From NCBI RefSeq assembly GCF_000020025.1, contig NC_010633.1, positions 1-32,000 of the forward strand: a stretch of DNA of 32,000 nucleotides, read 5' to 3'. The notes under the pieces were generated by a model, which was not told where the DNA came from, ran no database searches, and saw only the letters and a list, made by a program, of their open reading frames with translations. How positions within the stretch are numbered: the stretch's first letter is position 1; each line of letters opens with the position of its first letter. The position numbers were made by a program, and so were the translations under genes. Origin of the DNA: Nostoc punctiforme PCC 73102 (lineage in GTDB: Bacteria; Cyanobacteriota; Cyanobacteriia; Cyanobacteriales; Nostocaceae). Below, piece by piece: positions 27,780 to 32,000 of the stretch.

Positions 27780-28016
27780 TCAAACTTGGGAGTAGAATTC
27801 GATATTTAGGATTGCTTCGTGAATCTCCATCAAGGCTTGCACTGCATCACCCATTCTGAGGTCATTCGATGTACTGAACCTTTCGGAGGCTTCGATTTGC
27901 TTGTAATTGGGCGATGCTTGCACAAACCTAAGAGTCTGTTCGCAACCCAGGATAATAGTCATGATTTCGGTAGTCGTTAGCGATGCTTGTGTCTGCATGG
28001 TTTCGTGGTCGCTCAT
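27780..28016 (-). CDS. Small hypothetical protein (78 aa)
   Basis: The internal ATG at 28016 overlaps the stop of the upstream 74-aa gene (ATGA at 28013-28016). The upstream part of the tracked 183-aa ORF is Arg/His/Ser-rich out-of-frame shadow. Confidence 0.6.
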   Translation of the reverse strand: MSDHETMQTQASLTTTEIMTIILGCEQTLRFVQASPNYKQIEASERFSTSNDLRMGDAVQALMEIHEAILNIEFYSQV

Positions 28017-28237
28017 GATTTCTTTCCTTTTCTTTGAGCTTTGATTGGTGCGGTTGGCGCTTCTGGCTGACTCGGCTTCTGAAGTACATAGCTGATTGCA
28101 CCTGCACCCCCCACGGCTGCGGCGATGGTGAACATATTGTTTCTGCCAAGCTGCTGGACTCCGAAATAGCCAAAAGCGATCGCTGCTGCTGTTGCTCCAA
28201 TGCCTAAAAGCGTGTTCCTTAATGTGGTTCTGCTCAT
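28013..28237 (-). CDS. Small two-TM glycine-zipper membrane protein (74 aa)
   Basis: LLGIGATAAAIAFGYFGV and FTIAAAVGGAGAISYVL, followed by a basic tail KAQRKGKKS. ATGA overlaps occur at both ends (28234-28237 and 28013-28016). Confidence 0.7.
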   Translation of the reverse strand: MSRTTLRNTLLGIGATAAAIAFGYFGVQQLGRNNMFTIAAAVGGAGAISYVLQKPSQPEAPTAPIKAQRKGKKS

Positions 28238-28467
28238 GCTGCCCCCTTGAAATTAGTGACCATTGCGCTAAGTGCCGATTTATTGGGCTGTGTAGATTGC
28301 ACTGTTTCAACTTTGGGCGATGTTTGTACATTGCCGTGTTGAAAAATCAGCTTCTCTACACCTGCTGATAATGCTTGTGTTGGTGCATCTTGGGGTAAAT
28401 CAAAAATCTTGCACAATTCAATTACTGCTAGGTAGGAGATGGTTATACGCCGAGATTCGTAATTCAT
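28234..28467 (-). CDS. Small hypothetical protein (77 aa)
   Basis: It starts 3 nt after the stop of the actin-like gene, and its stop overlaps the next start. Confidence 0.6.
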   Translation of the reverse strand: MNYESRRITISYLAVIELCKIFDLPQDAPTQALSAGVEKLIFQHGNVQTSPKVETVQSTQPNKSALSAMVTNFKGAA

Positions 28468-28470
28468 TGA

Positions 28471-29586
28471 TTAAGCTCCTCTTGCAATTTGAGTTAATAG
28501 CTTCAACCCCAAAGCATTGATGAATTGGGGATTGTTCAAAATCACAAAACCTAAACCGGCTAGGTTTTGATCCACCACTGGCAGCGAAACACCCCCACCC
28601 CAGGCGACAAGGTATTTAGCGCGGTCTAGATAATTGCCAGCAGTCACAAAGTTGGCGAATTTCTCAATCCTGTTACTCCACCATTCATCCAAACTTTGGC
28701 TGTACTCGGTTTCAAACTTCTTACCTGTGAGGTGGTTGCCTCCATAAGTGAAAGTCCCTTCAAGAATTCCCTGGTTAACGAGGCTGGGCGAGTGTTTCAC
28801 ATCCTTGGACAACAGACTTACTCGGTCGTTTCGCTTGTCGAGAGATCCGGCAATCATGCTGTGCAGTTCACCGGCTCCACCTTCAATCAAGTGACGGTCA
28901 ATCACTGCACCACTGCCGTTGAACACGGTAATCAACCAAGTTGATGAACCGATATCGAGTGCGATCGCTAATTCTGAAGGGTCAAGAATTAGGGACGCTT
29001 CACCGAATAAACAATGGGCAATGCTGCCAAATCCTTCGGGGTAAATGCCTGCAACCGCGATGTCAACTGTCTTGGTGACAATGGAACGAGTTACAGGATG
29101 CAGATGCTCAAAGGTGTGAGTTCCTGAAACTCTGCGTTTAATCTCTTGTCCCCAGCGTTCGGGGTTATGGTTGCTCAAACTAATTGAAAGCTTGAACCCA
29201 TCGGGAATATTCAGAACTGCCAAATCTGCAAGGATGCTTTCTAGTGCTAGTTCTGCTTTTTTGGCTTTGTCCTCGTGTAACAGGGTGTGGTCACTTTGGG
29301 CTAGAGCCGCACTGCCCCAAAAGAATTGAACGTCTTTTAAGTCAAGACGCGAACCTTCTACATACCGAACCCATGCCCCATCTTTTGAGATGGTTTCGTG
29401 GTGCATGATGTTGCGGTTGCGAACAAGTGAATATGCGGCAGGCATCATGAGCGAAAAATCACCGATGATTGCCTTGCCATAACCTGCACCTGCGTCTTTA
29501 CCTCCAGTGAGGTCAGTTAGCCCGGATTTGGCTAACAAGTCTGCCTGAACTAGCCAATTTTTGGCATTGGAATATATAGCTGTCAT
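28471..29586 (-). CDS. Actin-fold (ParM/Alp-like) ATPase
   Basis: Phosphate-1 DAGAGYGK (DxGxxxxK), phosphate-2 IALDIGSSTWLITVF, GGAGELHSMIA, and adenosine motif LVAWGGGVSLP. 371 aa. Confidence 0.75.
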   Translation of the reverse strand: MTAIYSNAKNWLVQADLLAKSGLTDLTGGKDAGAGYGKAIIGDFSLMMPAAYSLVRNRNIMHHETISKDGAWVRYVEGSRLDLKDVQFFWGSAALAQSDHTLLHEDKAKKAELALESILADLAVLNIPDGFKLSISLSNHNPERWGQEIKRRVSGTHTFEHLHPVTRSIVTKTVDIAVAGIYPEGFGSIAHCLFGEASLILDPSELAIALDIGSSTWLITVFNGSGAVIDRHLIEGGAGELHSMIAGSLDKRNDRVSLLSKDVKHSPSLVNQGILEGTFTYGGNHLTGKKFETEYSQSLDEWWSNRIEKFANFVTAGNYLDRAKYLVAWGGGVSLPVVDQNLAGLGFVILNNPQFINALGLKLLTQIARGA

Positions 29587-29746
29587 GGTTCAGATGATTG
29601 TTAAAGTCTTAATTCTTCTGGCTTGGCGTTGATTTTTAGCTAAATCTAGACAAATCCAGATATCCAGTTAGGGGCAAGCCATAGCATCACTTTCTGGCTT
29701 CTATTGCCTTTGTTGGGTGACTGTTTTTGGCTGACAATTACATCAT

Positions 29747-29764
29747 ATCACATCATGATGTGAT
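29747..29764. promoter_or_regulatory. Perfect 18-bp palindrome, candidate operator or centromere site in the divergent promoter region
   Basis: ATCACATCATGATGTGAT is its own reverse complement. Extra TGTGAT / ATCA half-sites lie nearby (29784-29789 and 29741-29746). The site is between the actin-like gene (-) and the RHH gene (+). TTCTGGCTT occurs twice (29616-29624 and 29692-29700). Confidence 0.55.
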
Positions 29765-29807
29765 TTTAGATGATAAGATCGTATGTGATCGGACAAGAGA
29801 GCATATC

Positions 29808-30017
29808 ATGATGTCAGGTGAGCAAACGAGTTCTGACTTAATGAGCAAAAAGTTAAATGCAATTATTCCAGATGAAACTTGGGAGGCGCTAGAGCAAATT
29901 GCTAATGGAGAGATGAGGACTAAAAGCCAAATGGCAGCTATTCTGCTTGGTGAAGCGATCGCGGCTAGACGTGCTAAAAAATCAGAATCTCAGAAGCAGG
30001 AAAAACCAGAGGCATGA
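29808..30017 (+). CDS. Ribbon-helix-helix (CopG/ParR/Arc-like) DNA-binding protein
   Basis: KKLNAIIPDETWEALEQIANGEMRTKSQMAAILLGEAIAARR gives the beta-strand, helix, helix pattern of RHH proteins, followed by a basic tail. I prefer the ATG at 29808 over the tracked TTG at 29727, because the tracked start would put the palindrome inside the CDS. Confidence 0.65.
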   Translation: MMSGEQTSSDLMSKKLNAIIPDETWEALEQIANGEMRTKSQMAAILLGEAIAARRAKKSESQKQEKPEA

Positions 30018-30150
30018 GGTTTTTAACTTCCGTGTCCTACTAACACTGGATAAAGAGTCTAATAAATTGCTATTGATTCAAAAATACAGTGTCAAGTATT
30101 AGTATCAGTAAAGTTCGTGCTAATTTCACATTATTAATTTTGAGTTCGCC

Positions 30151-30873
30151 ATGTTAGCTGTGAAAGACCCACATACCGATTTTCAACTCCCGCTGCATAA
30201 CGAAGCAGCATTAAAGTGGATTAGGGAGACGAAAAATTACCTGTCCACTGTTGCTCTAGCAGTTGGTGGTGCGGCGCTGGTATCTGGCAGCTTAATTAAT
30301 CCGGCTGCCTGGGCTGCTTTTGCACTGGCTTACAAACCGTTGGTGATCACTCAAAAACTTGCGCGGTTGGAAAAATTAACCGATCTACTTTTACAAGAGT
30401 TTAAAAGCGTTGGTATAGAAATCTTTCCATTTCCGGGAGGAGAGAAAAACCCTATTGACTTGTTTATTAGATTTCCACGAACAACTCACCTGTTTATCTC
30501 CATTCGTTCGATAGGAGATAGGGAGGTAGTCTACAACGAAGCCAGGGAAGCTTTACAACTCAGAAAGAAGGATAAGAATGGTTTGACAACCTGGAAACCT
30601 TGTCCACTGCTTGAGTTGGCTGATTACGAAAAGTGGCTTAACAAAAACAGAGACTTGTTCGCAATGTCATCCCGTGAAGCTACAAAAACCCCAACAGCAA
30701 AAGTTTTAGCCCTATGGCCTCCTACTAGAGCGGCTTCAAATCTCAATGAACATTTATATTCTTCCGTGGGAAGCATGAGAATTCTGGCTCTCAGGAGAAA
30801 AGGCACTATGTTTGTGATTCAAGAGGAGGAAGTAATCGAGTTTGTTAGGGCTTGGTTAGCCCAATACAAATAG
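30151..30873 (+). CDS. Hypothetical membrane-anchored protein (240 aa)
   Basis: TM region YLSTVALAVGGAALVSGSLINPAAWAAFALAY. The C-terminal globular part has a faint NERD/PD-(D/E)xK-like spacing (PIDLFIRF....FISIRSIGD), but it is non-canonical. Confidence 0.65.
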   Translation: MLAVKDPHTDFQLPLHNEAALKWIRETKNYLSTVALAVGGAALVSGSLINPAAWAAFALAYKPLVITQKLARLEKLTDLLLQEFKSVGIEIFPFPGGEKNPIDLFIRFPRTTHLFISIRSIGDREVVYNEAREALQLRKKDKNGLTTWKPCPLLELADYEKWLNKNRDLFAMSSREATKTPTAKVLALWPPTRAASNLNEHLYSSVGSMRILALRRKGTMFVIQEEEVIEFVRAWLAQYK

Positions 30874-30881
30874 GCTAAAAG

Positions 30882-30922
30882 TTGAAAACCCCTTCGTCCA
30901 GTGTGGACAACGGAGTTTTCAA
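30882..30922 (+). terminator. Long hairpin just after the 240-aa gene
   Basis: TTGAAAACCCCTTCGTCCA gtg TGGACAACGGAGTTTTCAA. About 16 of 19 positions are complementary, including a perfect apical GTCCA/TGGAC. It starts 9 nt after the stop codon. No clean U-run follows. Confidence 0.4.
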
Positions 30923-31139
30923 AATTGATTCCATTGGAATTGGGGGATTGGGTGTCACGCCTAATTAATATCCCTAATAGTAATCTTATCAAACCTTTTG
31001 GAGTGTTAAGCAATTGTAACACTGGCTACACAAAAAACGGCAACTCAGGAATTTTACCAGATTAAATTTCTGAAGTTGTAGAAGATTACTTTCGGGATAG
31101 CTCCAATTCCTCCAATACACATACTGGAGGATTTGTAAA

Positions 31140-31379
31140 GTGTCACAAAAAGAACTATCTCATACCTCAGCTACGAACAAGCTGCTATTCGCAACTAAAG
31201 CTAATCCCTGTCCTCACTGCGGTAAACCAGACTGGTGCTACTCAATAGGAGAATTTACAGTTTGTGATCGCGATCGCTTTTATCAGCCTAACTATGCACT
31301 GGCTCAACCGGAACAATCGCCAACTTATGTATTAAGCAATAGTCAAAAATTAAATAATGTTCAAGGAGGTATCGCGTAA
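31140..31379 (+). CDS. Small Zn-ribbon protein (79 aa), primase-N-terminus-like
   Basis: GTG start, 8 nt after GGAGGA (31126-31131). The motif CPHCGKPDWCYSIGEFTVCDR is a CxxC...C...C ribbon. The stop overlaps the next ATG (TAATG). Confidence 0.55.
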   Translation: MSQKELSHTSATNKLLFATKANPCPHCGKPDWCYSIGEFTVCDRDRFYQPNYALAQPEQSPTYVLSNSQKLNNVQGGIA

Positions 31380-32000
31380 TGGTTGCACAATTCTCCAATC
31401 AGCAAGCACTCGCCTCCTTTGATATTCGCAATTTTGTAGACCAGTTAGAACCAGCCAGAGAGAAAAATAAATACATCTGCCCAGTTTGCGGTGGGCATAA
31501 TTTATCCATTGTCCAAGAAACTGGGAAGTACAGCTGCTTTAACCAGTGTGAGTGCAAAGACATCCGGGAGGCGATTAAACCTTGGGCTGAAGTCTTAGCA
31601 GAAAGAGCAGGGGTTAATTATACAACTTCCCCAAAAGCGAAAATACCCAACCCCAAGAGAATCTTGCCCAAAAGTGCGCCAATTCCAGATGGTGAATTAG
31701 CACTGGTGATGTTGACCCAAGCGGCGACTGACATACCCCAAACTCAAAACATAACTTGCAAGCTACCAAAGGGAATACCAGGGAATGCAACACAAACAAT
31801 CTACCCTTACGGAAAAACCCAATGGGTAATTCGCTATGAATGGGCGGATTACATCAAAGAGAAGGGTTATGATAAGTCCTTCCGCCAATGGCACAGGCTT
31901 CCAGATGGCACTCCAGAGATGAGAAAAGGGGATGAACCCTGGAAAGCTTACCGCATTGATGAAGCAATTGCCTGTGCTAAATCAGTGAATGTCACCCCGG
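31379..32000 (+). CDS. Primase/replication-like protein with N-terminal Zn ribbon; partial, continues beyond the window
   Basis: This ORF is not in the track because it has no stop in the window. My translation is open from ATG 31379 to 32000 (MVAQFSNQQALASFDIRNF...). GGAGG lies at 31365-31369. The motif CPVCGGHNLSIVQETGKYSCFNQCEC resembles a primase CHC2-type finger. YPYGKTQWVIRYEW...KSFRQWHRLPDG...WKAYRIDEA resembles the DnaG/plasmid-primase N-terminal region. Confidence 0.7.
   Translation, partial: MVAQFSNQQALASFDIRNFVDQLEPAREKNKYICPVCGGHNLSIVQETGKYSCFNQCECKDIREAIKPWAEVLAERAGVNYTTSPKAKIPNPKRILPKSAPIPDGELALVMLTQAATDIPQTQNITCKLPKGIPGNATQTIYPYGKTQWVIRYEWADYIKEKGYDKSFRQWHRLPDGTPEMRKGDEPWKAYRIDEAIACAKSVNVTP

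Noticed and set aside
27780-28331. Tracked 183-aa ORF and the 27928..28200 ORF
   Set aside because: Three shorter genes in different frames (28234..28467, 28013..28237 and 27780..28016) are linked by ATGA overlaps and give sensible membrane or soluble proteins. The long ORF's N-terminal half is Arg/His/Ser/Cys-rich shadow sequence.
28320-28944. Plus-strand ORFs 28320..28520 and 28696..28944
   Set aside because: They are antisense to the 77-aa gene and the actin-like ATPase gene.
29727-29807. Tracked TTG start for the RHH gene
   Set aside because: It would place the 18-bp palindrome and half-sites inside the coding sequence and add a His/Ile/Asp-rich extension. The in-frame ATG ATG at 29808 gives a typical ~70-aa RHH protein.
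30624-31799. Minus-strand ORFs 30624..30806, 30819..31022 and 31614..31799
   Set aside because: They are antisense to the 240-aa gene and the primase-like gene, or they cover the terminator hairpin region. They have no supporting signals.

Overview
This 32-kb window is cyanobacterial. By eye I count at least 16 exact HIP1 palindromes (GCGATCGC), for example at 3312, 8260, 8844, 9002, 9317, 11827, 12260, 13096, 16250, 26566, 27537, 27562, 28176, 28961, 29955 and 31270. The RTX, WD40 and pentapeptide gene content looks Nostocales-like. The window is most likely part of a large plasmid or another accessory replicon. I call about 34 CDS and find no rRNA, tRNA or CRISPR.

Layout:
- 171-360: an iteron-like ATTGGGA repeat array. 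420-1127: an ORF-free, possibly structured stretch of about 700 nt.
- 1128-8615 (-): a 2495-aa RTX/Ca-binding giant protein that carries a near-identical 561-nt tandem duplication.
- 8829-12377 (+): a divergently transcribed STAND NTPase (HTH, P-loop, pentapeptide repeats, 14 WD40 units).
- 12546-14783 (+): parA, a small partner gene, then a translationally coupled pair made of a DUF4365-like nuclease-fold gene and an unknown gene.
- 14834-16376 (-): an AT-rich multi-TM gene and a tyrosine recombinase.
- 16.5-23.5 kb: a mixed-orientation block of small orphan genes, including an HNH endonuclease, a possible transglutaminase-fold protein and a protein with an internal duplication.
- 29586 down to 23745 (-): a compact operon. 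It starts with an actin-like (ParM-type) ATPase and runs through several small, membrane or acidic proteins. It ends in a membrane-anchored FtsK/TraB- or coupling-protein-like P-loop ATPase. An array of TGCCGTA-type repeats lies immediately downstream.
- 29808-32000 (+): a divergent RHH gene with a perfect 18-bp palindromic operator candidate, a membrane protein, and two Zn-ribbon ORFs. The second Zn-ribbon ORF is a primase/Rep-like gene that runs off the window.

The best candidate for an undescribed system is the actin-like to FtsK-like operon with its downstream repeat array. It may be a non-T4SS DNA transfer or segregation machine, analogous to Streptomyces TraB/clt. The second candidate is the DUF4365-like two-gene module.

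All functional calls rest on motifs read by eye. No database search was possible.
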